Part shown: positions 8,094-19,761 of the stretch, piece by piece
Layout: each line of letters opens with the position of its first letter
Numbering within the stretch: the stretch's first letter is position 1
Source: Chitinophagaceae bacterium
Lineage (GTDB): Bacteria; Bacteroidota; Bacteroidia; Chitinophagales; Chitinophagaceae
DNA: 64,000 nucleotides
Assembly (NCBI GenBank): GCA_024103425.1
Contig: JAGFIS010000014.1
Location: forward strand, 2,637 to 66,636
Reading direction: 5' to 3'
Translations under genes and position numbers: made by a program
Notes under the pieces: generated by a model
The model's input: the letters and a program-made list of their open reading frames with translations, nothing else
What the model was told of the DNA's origin: nothing
The model's database searches: none

Positions 8094-9659
8094 ATGGAAG
8101 AACAAATACTGCTGATAATAGTAGGTGTGGTAGCATTGGTGGCAGGAATCATACTTGGAAAATTCATCTTTGCGAAAAACACAAAACAGCTATTTGAAAC
8201 AGCACAACAACAAGCACAGCAGATTGTAACAGACGCCGAAATTAAGGCAGAAACAATCAAGAAAGAAAAACAACTCGAGGCCAAAGAAAAATTCGTTCAG
8301 CTAAAAGCAGAACACGACCGGCAGATTCAGCAACGTAATAACAAAATAGCGGATGCTGAAAACCGTATAAGGCAGAAAGAGCAATCGCTCAATCAGAAAG
8401 ATCAGAATCTCGAGAAGGCCATACGCGAGAATGAGAATCTGAAAAAGAACCTCAGTCAGCAGATAGAAACAGTGAACATCAAGCGAGCCGAGCTTGAGAA
8501 ACATCAGGAAGAACATATTAAAAAACTGGAAAGGGTTGCCCAGCTGACCGCTGAGGAAGCCAAAGCTCAACTTTTGGAAATCCTGAGAGGAGAGGCTAAC
8601 TCGCAGGCCCTCAGCATGCAACAGGAGATTATTGACGAGGCAAAGCAGAAAGCTAATAAGGAGGCACGCAAGATTATTATCCAGACCATCCAGCGCACAG
8701 CTGCAGAACAGGCTATTGAAAATGCCATTACGGTTTTTAATTTGGAATCTGATGAAATCAAAGGTTCAATCATCGGCCGTGAGGGACGAAATATCCGTGC
8801 GATTGAGGCGGCAACCGGTGTTGACCTGATAGTAGACGATACACCCGAAGCAATTATCCTTTCCTGCTTTGATCCGCTGAGGAGAGAGGTAGCCAGGTTA
8901 TCGCTTCAGAGATTAGTTACCGATGGCCGTATCCATCCTGCCAGAATCGAGGAGGTGGTAGAGAAGACTAAAAAGCAATTAGAAGAGCAGATTATGGAGA
9001 TAGGCGAGCGCACGGTAATCGAGCTCGGTATCCATGGGTTGCACAAGGAATTGATCAGGATGGTGGGAAAGATGCGTTTCCGCTCCTCTTACGGTCAGAA
9101 CCTGTTGATGCACAGCAGGGAAGTGGCTAATCTGTGCGGCGTCATGGCCTCCGAACTGGGACTGAATGCAAAGCTTGCCAAAAGAGCCGGACTTCTTCAC
9201 GATATCGGTAAGGTGCCTGATGAAGAAACAGAATTGAGCCACGCCCTGTTGGGGATGCGGCTGGCTGAAAAATACGGCGAAAACCCTGCGGTGTGCAATG
9301 CCATTGGTGCCCACCACGATGAAATAGAGATGGAGTATGTAATCAGCCCTATAGTACAGGCATGTGACGCCATGAGCGGAGCAAGACCGGGTGCAAGAAG
9401 GGAGATTATGCAGCAATACCTGCAGAGAATCAAAGACCTGGAGAATCTGGCAGTCGCCTATGAGGGAGTTGAAAAAGCCTATGCCATGCAGGCCGGGCGT
9501 GAATTACGTGTGATTGTAGAGGCCGAAAAGGTGTCAGATACCAAGAGTGAACAGCTCAGTTTTGAGATAGCCCAGAAGATACAGAATGAAATGGTTTATC
9601 CCGGTCAGATTAAAGTGACTGTAATCAGGGAAAAAAGAGCTGTTAATGTCGCTAAATAG
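8094..9659 (+). CDS. rny: Ribonuclease Y
   Basis: N-terminal TM helix, coiled coil, KH domain ([10 protein letters not shown]), HD domain (GLLHDIGK). Confidence 0.97.
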   Translation: MEEQILLIIVGVVALVAGIILGKFIFAKNTKQLFETAQQQAQQIVTDAEIKAETIKKEKQLEAKEKFVQLKAEHDRQIQQRNNKIADAENRIRQKEQSLNQKDQNLEKAIRENENLKKNLSQQIETVNIKRAELEKHQEEHIKKLERVAQLTAEEAKAQLLEILRGEANSQALSMQQEIIDEAKQKANKEARKIIIQTIQRTAAEQAIENAITVFNLESDEIKGSIIGREGRNIRAIEAATGVDLIVDDTPEAIILSCFDPLRREVARLSLQRLVTDGRIHPARIEEVVEKTKKQLEEQIMEIGERTVIELGIHGLHKELIRMVGKMRFRSSYGQNLLMHSREVANLCGVMASELGLNAKLAKRAGLLHDIGKVPDEETELSHALLGMRLAEKYGENPAVCNAIGAHHDEIEMEYVISPIVQACDAMSGARPGARREIMQQYLQRIKDLENLAVAYEGVEKAYAMQAGRELRVIVEAEKVSDTKSEQLSFEIAQKIQNEMVYPGQIKVTVIREKRAVNVAK

Positions 9660-9690
9660 GGCGTTTTGACGCTTTTTTCGCTGAAAAAAC

Positions 9691-9723
9691 TTTGTACTCT
9701 TAAGTAATTTTATGTTACCTTTG
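9691..9723 (+). promoter_or_regulatory. Bacteroidota primary-sigma promoter for rplS
   Basis: TTTG (9691-9694), 21-nt spacer, TACCTTTG (9716-9723). Confidence 0.75.
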
Positions 9724-9746
9724 CAGTCCTTAAAAAATTAAAGGTG

Positions 9747-10097
9747 ATGAATCCGATTAATTTTGTTCACGATCAATTGACGAAGAAGAACGATATTCCT
9801 GAATTCAAAGCAGGTGATAATATTACTGTAAACTACAGAATTATTGAAGGGGCTAAAGAGCGAATTCAGAGTTTTAAAGGAGACGTTATCAAGCGTCAGG
9901 GAGAGGGTGGCACCGCCACTTTCACAGTTAGAAAAATCAGCGACGGCGTAGGCGTCGAGCGTCTTTTCCCGCTGTATTCTCCGAATATTGAAAGCATCAA
10001 GTTGCACAAAGTAGGTAAGGTGCGCAGATCTAAGCTTTACTACCTCCGTGAGAGAAGCGGTAAGAGTGCCAGGATCCGCGAGAAAAGGGTTAGATAG
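9747..10097 (+). CDS. rplS: 50S ribosomal protein L19
   Basis: [42 protein letters not shown] at 9747 is preferred over GTG at 9744. Confidence 0.97.
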   Translation: MNPINFVHDQLTKKNDIPEFKAGDNITVNYRIIEGAKERIQSFKGDVIKRQGEGGTATFTVRKISDGVGVERLFPLYSPNIESIKLHKVGKVRRSKLYYLRERSGKSARIREKRVR

Positions 10098-10111
10098 TAG
10101 AAGATTTTCAA

Positions 10112-10152
10112 ATAAAAATGCCGGGGTGCTCTTGCATTCTGGCATTTTTATT
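10112..10152 (+). terminator. Terminator after rplS
   Basis: ATAAAAATGCC...GGCATTTTTAT inverted repeat with A/T tails. Confidence 0.7.
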
Positions 10153-10206
10153 TATATTATTGTCTTCCATTTTACGATAAAGCACTTTTACGCTAACTGA
10201 TAATAA

Positions 10207-10326
10207 ATGAAAAAAATCCTTCTGATTCTGATAGTTGCAGGACTCTATCTGTCATCCTGCTCAAGAGGTATTACTCCGTACGAAGCAGCACACGGCAAGG
10301 CTAAGTGTGGGCGGTATATAAAATAA
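10207..10326 (+). CDS. Small putative lipoprotein (39 aa; below the ORF-track cutoff)
   Basis: Manual translation MKKILLILIVAGLYLSSCSRGITPYEAAHGKAKCGRYIK: basic N-terminus, hydrophobic core, lipobox LSSC, A-rich leader. Confidence 0.7.
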   Translation: MKKILLILIVAGLYLSSCSRGITPYEAAHGKAKCGRYIK

Positions 10327-10512
10327 TTCAATGGTGAAGTTTTACGGGATTCTACCTTTGTAAGAGTGGCCATATTGTGTGCTTTAGCTTTTCTGTTATT
10401 TTCTTTCAGGCGCAGGTTTGTAGTAACTCAAGTGGTTTCCTATTAAAATTGTTGTAAACCTTTCATTGCGCCAAAATTTTCAGTTAACTTTACAGGATAA
10501 ATTTATAATGAG

Positions 10513-10749
10513 ATGAACTTCTTAACTCATTTTTTTCTTTTAGGGATACCCAGCGGAATGGAATTATTATTAATCCTTCTGGTAGTACTCTTGTTCTTTG
10601 GCGGAAAAAAGATTCCCGACCTGATGAGAGGTTTGGGAAGAGGAGTGAAGGAATTTAATGATGCCAGAGGCAAATCGTCGGGCGACAAAGAAATTTCTGG
10701 AAACAAAAAGCAGGATAGCATATCAGAAAAAGTTGAGAGTAACTCCTGA
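10513..10749 (+). CDS. tatA: Twin-arginine translocase TatA/E subunit
   Basis: TM helix ending [23 protein letters not shown]. Confidence 0.93.
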   Translation: MNFLTHFFLLGIPSGMELLLILLVVLLFFGGKKIPDLMRGLGRGVKEFNDARGKSSGDKEISGNKKQDSISEKVESNS

Positions 10750-10765
10750 TTTATTTTTCTAAAGA

Positions 10766-12202
10766 TTGTTTCAGTTTACTAACATTCCGGCCTATCAGAA
10801 AGCCTTAAGTACAGGAGAGGTGACTTGTGTACAGGCTGTTCGTTATTATTTGGACAGAATTAAAGAGCGTGTTAACATTAATGCTTATGCGCATGTCTTT
10901 GGTGAAGAGGCGATCTCCCGTGCAGAAGAGTTAGATGCAAAGCGAAACGAAGGAAAGCCGGTTGGAAAGTTACACGGGATAGTTATCAGCATCAAAGATG
11001 TTTTCAGTTATGCCGGACATCCGCTGACGGCATCGTCAAAAATGCTTTCGGGATTTGAAGCGCTTTTCAATGCCACCGCAGTACAAAGAATTCTTGATGA
11101 AGATGCAATCATCATAGGTTCTTGTAACTGCGATGAATTTGCCATGGGCAGTACAGGTGAAAGATCGATATATGGGAATGTGAAAAATCCGGTTAATCTT
11201 TCTAAAGTTGCAGGAGGCTCTTCGAGTGGATCTGCAGCGGCTGTTGCAGCAGACTTGTGTATGATAAGTCTGGGAAGTGATACAGGCGGATCTGTCCGTC
11301 AACCTGCAGACTTTTGTGGGGTAGTGGGGTACAAGCCTTCCTACGGAAGAGTGAGCAGATACGGCGTGTTGGCTTATGCTTCTTCATTCGATACTGTAGG
11401 TATTATTGCAAAGAACATAACTGATATTGAACCGGTGCTCGATGTAATAAGTGGGCCTGATGGGCTGGATAGCACAGCGAGAACCGATGCTCTGTTCACC
11501 CGGGAAGACCCGGCCCGCGAAGAAGATTTTAAATGGGCGGTATTGAGGAAAGCTTTGTCGCATCCGTCATTAGATGGTGAAATCCGAGATAGTATTGTCA
11601 ATTTGGTTGAACAGTTAAGAGGAGAAGGAGTGAATTTTGAAGAAGAGGATATTGGGTTGATGGATTACCTCACATCGATATACTATGTTATATCTTCAGC
11701 AGAAGTTACCTCTAATATGGCCAGATATGATAGTATCCGTTACGGCTACAGAACTACAAAACCTATTGAAAATCTGGAAGACTTATACAAGATAAGTAGA
11801 AGTGAGGGCTTTAGCAGAGAAGTTAAGAAGCGAATCTTATTGGGTAACTACCTGTTAAGCGAGGGTAACTATGATACATACCTGGTACAGGCACAAAAGA
11901 TAAGACAGAAGTTGATAGACGAGGTGAATGGTCTTTTTACCAGACATGATTTTCTGATCCTGCCTACTACACTTTCTACTGCTTATGATCTGGGCAGCGC
12001 ACAGAAGGGAGATACATCGAGATATACGGCCGATATTTTCACCGTAATTGCTAACCTGACTGGCCACCCTGCAATCAGTCTGCCGCTTTTTAGGCATTCC
12101 AACGGGATGCCCTTCAGTTTGCAGATTATAGCTGCAAAAGATAATGAGATAAATTTGTTGAAGGCAGCAGAAAACCTGATGAACCGTTTCCACAGGTTAT
12201 GA
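10766..12202 (+). CDS. gatA: Glu/Asp-tRNA amidotransferase subunit A (amidase signature family)
   Basis: IKD, GGSSSGSAAAV, GSDTGGSVRQPA, GRVSRYG, EVKKRILLG. Confidence 0.85.
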   Translation: MFQFTNIPAYQKALSTGEVTCVQAVRYYLDRIKERVNINAYAHVFGEEAISRAEELDAKRNEGKPVGKLHGIVISIKDVFSYAGHPLTASSKMLSGFEALFNATAVQRILDEDAIIIGSCNCDEFAMGSTGERSIYGNVKNPVNLSKVAGGSSSGSAAAVAADLCMISLGSDTGGSVRQPADFCGVVGYKPSYGRVSRYGVLAYASSFDTVGIIAKNITDIEPVLDVISGPDGLDSTARTDALFTREDPAREEDFKWAVLRKALSHPSLDGEIRDSIVNLVEQLRGEGVNFEEEDIGLMDYLTSIYYVISSAEVTSNMARYDSIRYGYRTTKPIENLEDLYKISRSEGFSREVKKRILLGNYLLSEGNYDTYLVQAQKIRQKLIDEVNGLFTRHDFLILPTTLSTAYDLGSAQKGDTSRYTADIFTVIANLTGHPAISLPLFRHSNGMPFSLQIIAAKDNEINLLKAAENLMNRFHRL

Positions 12203-13293
12203 CAAAAATGAAGCTCATATTATTTGTATTGGGCGTTTTAGCCTCTTTTTCTGTTTTCGCTCAAAATCGGGATACTACTTTAATCGAAGAAAAGAGTGTG
12301 ATTGAAGAAGTGATTGCATCTAAAGACTCAGTGGCACCGGATAAAGAGAAAGTATCTGCAATTCGAGAGATTACAAAATACGGATTCAAAGATCTCTTTA
12401 CTGATTACAGTTATAATCCTGCGATTCCTTACTCTCAACAGATTAACCCCTATGCCGAAGGGTACATGGCAGATTATCTGCAAACCCATACCGCTCATTT
12501 GAAAAACCTCAAAAAGAGCGCAACACCATATTTTAATTTTATTGACGGTATCCTCTCCCAATACGGTCTGCCTCACGAGCTGAAGTATCTGGCAGTGATC
12601 GAGAGTGATTTAAAATCTCACGCTTTATCGAGCGCAGGCGCCAGAGGGCCGTGGCAGTTTATGCCGTCTACTGCTCGCAATTATGGTTTGCGTGTAGGGC
12701 AGGGGGTTGATGAGCGCACAGACTATGAAAAGAGCACTCGTGCGGCTGCAAAATATTTACTCAATCTCTATAAGGATCTTAACGACTGGCTACTGGTGAT
12801 TGCGGCATACAATGGAGGCCCGGGCAGGGTGACCGCTGCAATAAAGAAGAGTGGCAGTACTGATTTCTGGAAATTGCAATATTATCTGCCGCAAGAATCG
12901 CGCAACCACGTGAAGAAATTCATAGCCACACATTTTGTGATGGAGGAGAATAAAGATCCCGAGTCGTTTTATGCCAAAGAGTTGAATACGGAAGATAATT
13001 TGCCGGATTCTATTAAGAACATGCTCTCTACTATTGTGATTTCGGGCAGATACAGCGCTAAAGCGGTTGCCTCTGTTATTGAAGTTGAACAGGATTTTTT
13101 TTCGATGATTAACCCGAAGATGGAACAGGTCCTCGCTTCCGGAGAGGAGTATAACCTGCGATTGCCGGCGGATAAGGTGGGTGTGTTTGAAGAGCGGAAA
13201 AATGAAATCCTGAATCGCTCGGTACAGGAACTCCTCAATCAGGCAATAGAAGGTGCAAGGCCTAAATATGAAAGGGAAAAGAAAAAGAACTGA
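12199..13293 (+). CDS. Lytic murein transglycosylase (MltD-like SLT domain)
   Basis: LAVIES, GPWQFMP, AAYNGGPG, LPQESRNHV; signal peptide. Confidence 0.88.
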   Translation: MTKMKLILFVLGVLASFSVFAQNRDTTLIEEKSVIEEVIASKDSVAPDKEKVSAIREITKYGFKDLFTDYSYNPAIPYSQQINPYAEGYMADYLQTHTAHLKNLKKSATPYFNFIDGILSQYGLPHELKYLAVIESDLKSHALSSAGARGPWQFMPSTARNYGLRVGQGVDERTDYEKSTRAAAKYLLNLYKDLNDWLLVIAAYNGGPGRVTAAIKKSGSTDFWKLQYYLPQESRNHVKKFIATHFVMEENKDPESFYAKELNTEDNLPDSIKNMLSTIVISGRYSAKAVASVIEVEQDFFSMINPKMEQVLASGEEYNLRLPADKVGVFEERKNEILNRSVQELLNQAIEGARPKYEREKKKN

Positions 13294-13345
13294 TTACTGT
13301 TCTCTTAAATTCCTCTATAATTTTTGAAAGGATTATCGAAATAAA

Positions 13346-13373
13346 AAATCCCGGTCTTTTCAGAACGGGATTT
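13346..13373. terminator. Probable bidirectional terminator between convergent genes
   Basis: AAATCCCG...CGGGATTT inverted repeat flanked by A/T tracts. Confidence 0.6.
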
Positions 13374-13460
13374 AATTAACTACGTTTAAGGTCAGCTGTT
13401 ATACAACTGGTTTTTGATTATTAGCAATTGGCCGGTATGCAGACTTGGTGACATTGATTT

Positions 13461-13877
13461 TTAAAAATCATCGTCCATGTTGTCGTCGAAAGTGTCGTCT
13501 TCGAAAAAGTCCATATCCTCATAGTTGTCACCCATGAAGAGGTCGTCATCGTCATCATCGCCTTTCTTGCCCGATTTCTTTTTCTTTGACATTGGGATGT
13601 CAAATTCGTCGAAGTCAGGATCGTAATCGTCATCTTCATCAGGCTTGTTCCAGTCATCCTCAATTTCGTCCTCATCATCATAGTCGTCCTCGTACTTCTT
13701 CTTCTTACTTTCTTTTTTACCTTTTCCTTTTTTGGGAGCAGGCATTTCGTCTTCATAGAAGTCTTCATCTTCAAAATCGTCATCAAAGTTTTCTTTCTTT
13801 TTTGATGATGATTTAGTGGTGGTTTTACCGGGCTTTTTACTTAAATCTTTTTTGCCCTTTTCGGATTTTGCTTTCAT
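13461..13877 (-). CDS. Low-complexity Lys-rich / Asp-Glu-rich hypothetical protein (138 aa)
   Basis: ORF with an ATG, co-oriented downstream of purA; alternating basic and acidic blocks. Confidence 0.7.
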   Translation of the reverse strand: MKAKSEKGKKDLSKKPGKTTTKSSSKKKENFDDDFEDEDFYEDEMPAPKKGKGKKESKKKKYEDDYDDEDEIEDDWNKPDEDDDYDPDFDEFDIPMSKKKKSGKKGDDDDDDLFMGDNYEDMDFFEDDTFDDNMDDDF

Positions 13878-13981
13878 AATTTTCTCCGGAATTTTAATAG
13901 GTTTTTTTCTCTTTCAAAAATTGGTAAACCAAAAATAATAAATATTTCGAAAGAAGTTTTTTCAATGAAAATTAGTAAAAA

Positions 13982-15256
<1,275 letters not shown>

Positions 15257-15345
15257 TTAAGGTGTTACTGATTACAGGGTAAAAATAAATGAAAACATCC
15301 ATCTTTTGGATGGATGTGGAAGAATATGATATCAGAAAAATATTA

Positions 15346-16590
15346 TCACGCTACCCGGAGCATATTGAGCTTGCTCACACTGAATTTTCCTTCAGCATAG
15401 TCCTTGGTCAGTGTGAAGGTTTTTACCTTTTGAGAGGGCAATTCGTACATCGCGTCTACCAGGATACTTTCGCAGATACTGCGGAGGCCACGGGCTCCCA
15501 ATTTGTATTCTATGGCTTTATCAACCATAAAATCGTAAACATCCTCTTCTATAATAAGGTCAATTCCCTCGAGCTGGAAGATCTTCTTATACTGCTTGAT
15601 GAGAGAATTCTTAGGTTCTGTGAGGATTTTTCTCAGTGCATCTTTATCTAATGGGTTCAGGAAAGTGATAACGGGCAACCTTCCGAGCAATTCGGGAATC
15701 AGTCCGAAATGCTTCATATCCTGAGCGTTTACAAATTGCAGCAGGTTATTTCTCTGCAGCTCCTGCATATCTTTATTTACATTGAAGCCTATAGCGTTGG
15801 TATTGATTCGCTTCCCGATAATCCGGTCTATACCATCGAAGGCTCCTCCGCAGATAAAGAGAATGTTAGAGGTGTTGATTTTAATCAGTTTCTGTTCGGG
15901 GTGTTTGCGTCCGCCCTGTGGAGGCACCAATACATCTGTTCCCTCGAGCAGTTTGAGTAATCCTTGCTGAACCCCTTCGCCGCTTACGTCTCTCGTGATA
16001 CTGGGGTTGTCGCTCTTGCGTGCAATTTTGTCGATCTCGTCGATGTAAACTATCCCTTTCTGTGCAGCATTTACATCAAAATTGCATACCTGCAGCAACC
16101 TGCTGAGGATGCTTTCCACATCTTCACCCACATATCCTGCTTCGGTAAACACCGTTGCATCGACAATAGTGAAGGGTACGTTCAATATCCTGGCTATAGT
16201 TTTTGCCAGCAGGGTTTTACCGGTCCCGGTCTCTCCGACCATAATGATGTTGCTCTTTTCAATTTCAACGTCATTATTGCTATCCGTTTTCTGGTTGAGT
16301 CTCTTGTAGTGATTGTAAACAGCTACGGCAAGTACTTTTTTTGCTTCGTCCTGCCCGATGATGTATTCGTCGAGATACTTTTTAATCTCCATCGGCTTTT
16401 TGACGGAGAGTTTAAAATTGCTGTTTCCGCTGCTCTTTTCAGCATTCTGCGGGAGTTCCTGCAGAATGATTTCCCTGGCATGTTCAACACAGTTTTCACA
16501 AATATGCCCTTCCTGGCCGGCAATGAGAATCTGAACCTCATCGCGTGTGCGGCCACAGAATGAACAATGTAACGGTTGTTGTTTTGCCAT
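15346..16590 (-). CDS. clpX: ATP-dependent Clp protease ATP-binding subunit ClpX
   Basis: Zinc finger CSFCG...[29 protein letters not shown]. Confidence 0.98.
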   Translation of the reverse strand: MAKQQPLHCSFCGRTRDEVQILIAGQEGHICENCVEHAREIILQELPQNAEKSSGNSNFKLSVKKPMEIKKYLDEYIIGQDEAKKVLAVAVYNHYKRLNQKTDSNNDVEIEKSNIIMVGETGTGKTLLAKTIARILNVPFTIVDATVFTEAGYVGEDVESILSRLLQVCNFDVNAAQKGIVYIDEIDKIARKSDNPSITRDVSGEGVQQGLLKLLEGTDVLVPPQGGRKHPEQKLIKINTSNILFICGGAFDGIDRIIGKRINTNAIGFNVNKDMQELQRNNLLQFVNAQDMKHFGLIPELLGRLPVITFLNPLDKDALRKILTEPKNSLIKQYKKIFQLEGIDLIIEEDVYDFMVDKAIEYKLGARGLRSICESILVDAMYELPSQKVKTFTLTKDYAEGKFSVSKLNMLRVA

Positions 16591-16656
16591 AATCCTATAA
16601 CGATTATATCCTCAAAGTAATATTTAATTCCTAAACTAAAAGCAAAATTACATGTA

Positions 16657-17286
16657 TCAGATCTTTTTCACGATATGGTCTACTATACCGTATTCCTTGC
16701 TCTCTTTAGCATCCATCCAGTAGTCTCTGTCGAAGTCTTCCATTATTTTTTCAACCGGCTGTCCGCAGTTCTCAGCAAGAATCTTAGCTCCCAACTCTTT
16801 AACTTTCTGCATTTGCTTTGCGATGATTTCAAGATCAGCACTTGTACCTCTTCCACCTCCGCTCGGCTGGTGAATCATTACTTCTCCATGAGGATAGATA
16901 TATCTCTTACCTTTTGCGCCTCCACTTAAAAGGATACTACCCATACTGGCAGCCATTCCCATACAGATAGTGCTTACAGGTGATGATATCAGTTGCATAG
17001 TATCATAGATAACCATACCGCTGGTAACTCCACCACCCGGGCTGTTGATGTAGAATTTGATTTCTTTACCGGGATCAATAGCATCGAGGTACAAAAGACG
17101 ATTGGTGATGTCTTTTGCAGACTTATCATTCACTTCTCCCCAAAGGAAAATTTTGCGTTGCTCTAAAAACTTCTTGTCATAGAGAAAAGCACCTTCCATC
17201 ATCCGCTCCATTGTATTCGACGGAGACTCGGGTTGCTCTGTTTCTGGCTCTTCGTCAAATGCAGGAGTTGAATTAAATATTTTCAT
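16657..17286 (-). CDS. clpP: ClpP protease, second paralog
   Basis: INSPGG, AASMG (Ser), MIHQP (His), DRDYWM (Asp). The ATG at 17286 avoids overlap with the upstream clpP. Confidence 0.93.
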   Translation of the reverse strand: MKIFNSTPAFDEEPETEQPESPSNTMERMMEGAFLYDKKFLEQRKIFLWGEVNDKSAKDITNRLLYLDAIDPGKEIKFYINSPGGGVTSGMVIYDTMQLISSPVSTICMGMAASMGSILLSGGAKGKRYIYPHGEVMIHQPSGGGRGTSADLEIIAKQMQKVKELGAKILAENCGQPVEKIMEDFDRDYWMDAKESKEYGIVDHIVKKI

Positions 17287-17305
17287 ATAGCTTATTATCT
17301 GGTTA

Positions 17306-17998
17306 TTATTCGTTGTTTGATTTTCTGGCATTGGTTACGAGTACTTCGTCGATCAGGCCGTATTCTTTAGCCTCCTGGGCTGTCATCCAGAAGTCTCGGT
17401 TAGAATCTTTCGCAATCTTGTCGAAGGGCTGACCGGTATGCTGGCTTAGGATTTCGTATAGCTCGTTTTTAATCTTTACGATCTCTTTTACGGTGATTTC
17501 AACATCACTGGCCTGGCCTACGGCGCCGGCGCTCGGTTGATGCATCATAATCCTGGCGTGCTTCAGGGCACTTCTCTTTTCGGGAGTTCCGGCTGCCATA
17601 ATTACTGCTGCCATACTTGCAGCCATACCCGTACAAATGGTTGCGACATCGGGTGTAATGAACTGCATGGTGTCGTACATACCTAAGCCTGCATAAACAC
17701 CTCCACCCGGTGAGTTAATGTATAATTGGATATCGCGGCTGCGGTCGGTACTCTCTAAAAACAGCAGTTGTGCTGTGATAATATTAGCTACTTCATCATT
17801 GATTGGATGGCCAAGGAAGATGATCCTGTCCATCATAAGACGGCTGTAAACGTCCATCACAGCTACGTTCATCGGCCTTTCTTCAATAATATTAGGGGTA
17901 AGGTTAGTTACATTATGCTTGATGTATCCGTCCAGTGTATTACTGCTGATCCCACGATGCTTTACTGCGTATTTCTCAAATTCTTTTCCGGTATTCAT
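17306..17998 (-). CDS. clpP: ClpP protease, first paralog
   Basis: [37 protein letters not shown]. Confidence 0.96.
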   Translation of the reverse strand: MNTGKEFEKYAVKHRGISSNTLDGYIKHNVTNLTPNIIEERPMNVAVMDVYSRLMMDRIIFLGHPINDEVANIITAQLLFLESTDRSRDIQLYINSPGGGVYAGLGMYDTMQFITPDVATICTGMAASMAAVIMAAGTPEKRSALKHARIMMHQPSAGAVGQASDVEITVKEIVKIKNELYEILSQHTGQPFDKIAKDSNRDFWMTAQEAKEYGLIDEVLVTNARKSNNE

Positions 17999-18098
17999 GT
18001 ATTTAATTTGTTTGTTGCAAAGTATTCTTACTCCGGTGAAGTTCCAAATATTGTGCTAACAAAAAAAGTACGACAAAATGGCGAACGCCAAACCGGAA

Positions 18099-19472
18099 TT
18101 AGTGATGGTGGTTATGACTCTTGATGATTTCTACGAATTCATCCTGCCCTACGTTCTTCTCTTCTATCTTTACCTGAGTCTTTAACCAATCGATAATTTT
18201 ACCGCTCATGATTCTGTCATAACGGCTTTCAATCTGGTCTTTTTCCGACATCATTCTTTTTACATAGCCGTCAAGCCATTGGTATTCGGGAGACTCCAGG
18301 TCGGCTCCACCGAAGTATTGCTGCAATTCCCTCTTGATTTCCTCTTCTATTTCTTTTTGATCTACCTTAAGATTTTGCTCTTTAATAATATGAGAAGTGA
18401 TGAGGTTTGTTCTGAGGCCGTTCACAAAGCGTGGGAATTGCTCTGCCGACTGTTCTTCAGTGATATCTTTATTCTCTTCTTTGAAAAGTCTCTTTAAAAA
18501 TTCTTCAGGCAGTTCGAGTGGCAAATCCATCAGCACGTGCTGAAGCGAGTGGTCGAGATTGTTCTCAGCCAGCTGATCCCATTGCTTTTGAATATCTTCT
18601 TCAACTACTTTGCGCAGTTCCTCAGCTGTTTTAATGCCCCTGCCGGGATACGCTTTTTCAAACAACTCTTCGTTTAGTTCGTGTTTTTCAGATAAGCTTA
18701 CCTCTTCGATTTTTATACGCACAGAAGATTCAGTTACTGCGGTATCGGCGGGGTTAAGCTCCATGTTATCGTAAACTTCAGGCGATTTTTCAGGATCGAT
18801 CACATTCTTCATAACAGAAGTCAGTTCATCATCCTTTTTGGCACCTTTCAGTTTCTCCTGGAATTCTGGGGTGAAGACTTTAACAAAGAATGATTTATTT
18901 ACCTTAAACCCTTTTTCGATCTCGTTGCCATCTGCATCGAGTTGAGCCAGGTTGAATTTGATAATGTTTTCAGGACCTTCAACCGAATCCACGGGTTTAA
19001 GTGTTCCCAATTCAGTCTGGATTCTGTCGATTTGATTTTCAGTTTCTTCAGCTTTAGGCTGGATTTTATAGCGTGTTACCTTCAGATCAGCAGGAATCTT
19101 AATTTCCACTTCAGGGTACAGTCCTACTTCAAACTCAAAAGTGTAAGAACCGGGTTCTTTGAAATTAAGTTCGGGGAAAGTGCTTCCCTCTGCAGAAAGA
19201 GGGTTTCCCAACAACCTGATTTTCTGTTCCTCCAGAAACTTCTTTATCTCATTATCAACTGATCTCAGTACGGCTTCACTGAAGAATTCCTGACCGTACA
19301 TCTTTTTAATCATTCCTACCGGTACCATTCCCTTTCTGAAACCGTGGATATTGGCTTTTTTACTGAAAGCCTTAAGATCTTTTTCAAATTCAGGCATATA
19401 GTCCTGATTGTTAACTGTCAATACCAGCTTTTCATACAAGTCACTGATTTTCTCCCTTGTAACACTTGCCAT
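18099..19472 (-). CDS. tig: Trigger factor
   Basis: GFRKGMVP ribosome-binding motif; position upstream of clpP-clpX. Confidence 0.93.
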   Translation of the reverse strand: MASVTREKISDLYEKLVLTVNNQDYMPEFEKDLKAFSKKANIHGFRKGMVPVGMIKKMYGQEFFSEAVLRSVDNEIKKFLEEQKIRLLGNPLSAEGSTFPELNFKEPGSYTFEFEVGLYPEVEIKIPADLKVTRYKIQPKAEETENQIDRIQTELGTLKPVDSVEGPENIIKFNLAQLDADGNEIEKGFKVNKSFFVKVFTPEFQEKLKGAKKDDELTSVMKNVIDPEKSPEVYDNMELNPADTAVTESSVRIKIEEVSLSEKHELNEELFEKAYPGRGIKTAEELRKVVEEDIQKQWDQLAENNLDHSLQHVLMDLPLELPEEFLKRLFKEENKDITEEQSAEQFPRFVNGLRTNLITSHIIKEQNLKVDQKEIEEEIKRELQQYFGGADLESPEYQWLDGYVKRMMSEKDQIESRYDRIMSGKIIDWLKTQVKIEEKNVGQDEFVEIIKSHNHHH

Positions 19473-19521
19473 TTCTTCGTAATTATGTTAAGGCCGGATG
19501 GCCTCATTGATTTTGAAAAAG

Positions 19522-19603
19522 TGCGCATGGAGGGAGTCGAACCCCCACACCTTGCGGCATCAGATCCTAAGTCTGACGTGTCTACCAATTCCACCACATG
19601 CGC
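19522..19603 (-). tRNA. tRNA-Leu(TAG)
   Basis: Acceptor stem GCGCATG/CATGCGC, D loop GGTGGAATTGGTAGAC, anticodon arm TCAGA-CTTAGGA-TCTGA, long variable arm, GGTTCGACTCC; CCA not encoded. Confidence 0.97.
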
Positions 19604-19613
19604 AGAAGGGCGG

Positions 19614-19621
19614 CAAAATTA
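19614..19621 (-). promoter_or_regulatory. -7 element (TAATTTTG) for tRNA-Leu/tig
   Basis: TAnnTTTG match 10 nt upstream of the tRNA 5' end. Confidence 0.65.
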
Positions 19622-19761
19622 AGACAATTGTATATAAAATGGAGGATTGGAGATTATAAATTATTTTCAATTATTATCCTGTCGGAGCGGACAGAAAATG
19701 CCGGCTTAAGGCAGGAATAATTTTGCAATTACGCTTTATTATTGTTTGTAAATTCGTAGGG

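Noticed and set aside
10327-10446. In-frame open stretch with a hydrophobic segment after the small lipoprotein's TAA
   Set aside because: No in-frame ATG and no recoding signal seen; TAA read-through is unlikely.
19522-19603. tRNA-Leu as a genomic-island integration site
   Set aside because: It is flanked by core genes (tig, relA). I saw no integrase and no duplicated tRNA 3' end in the window.
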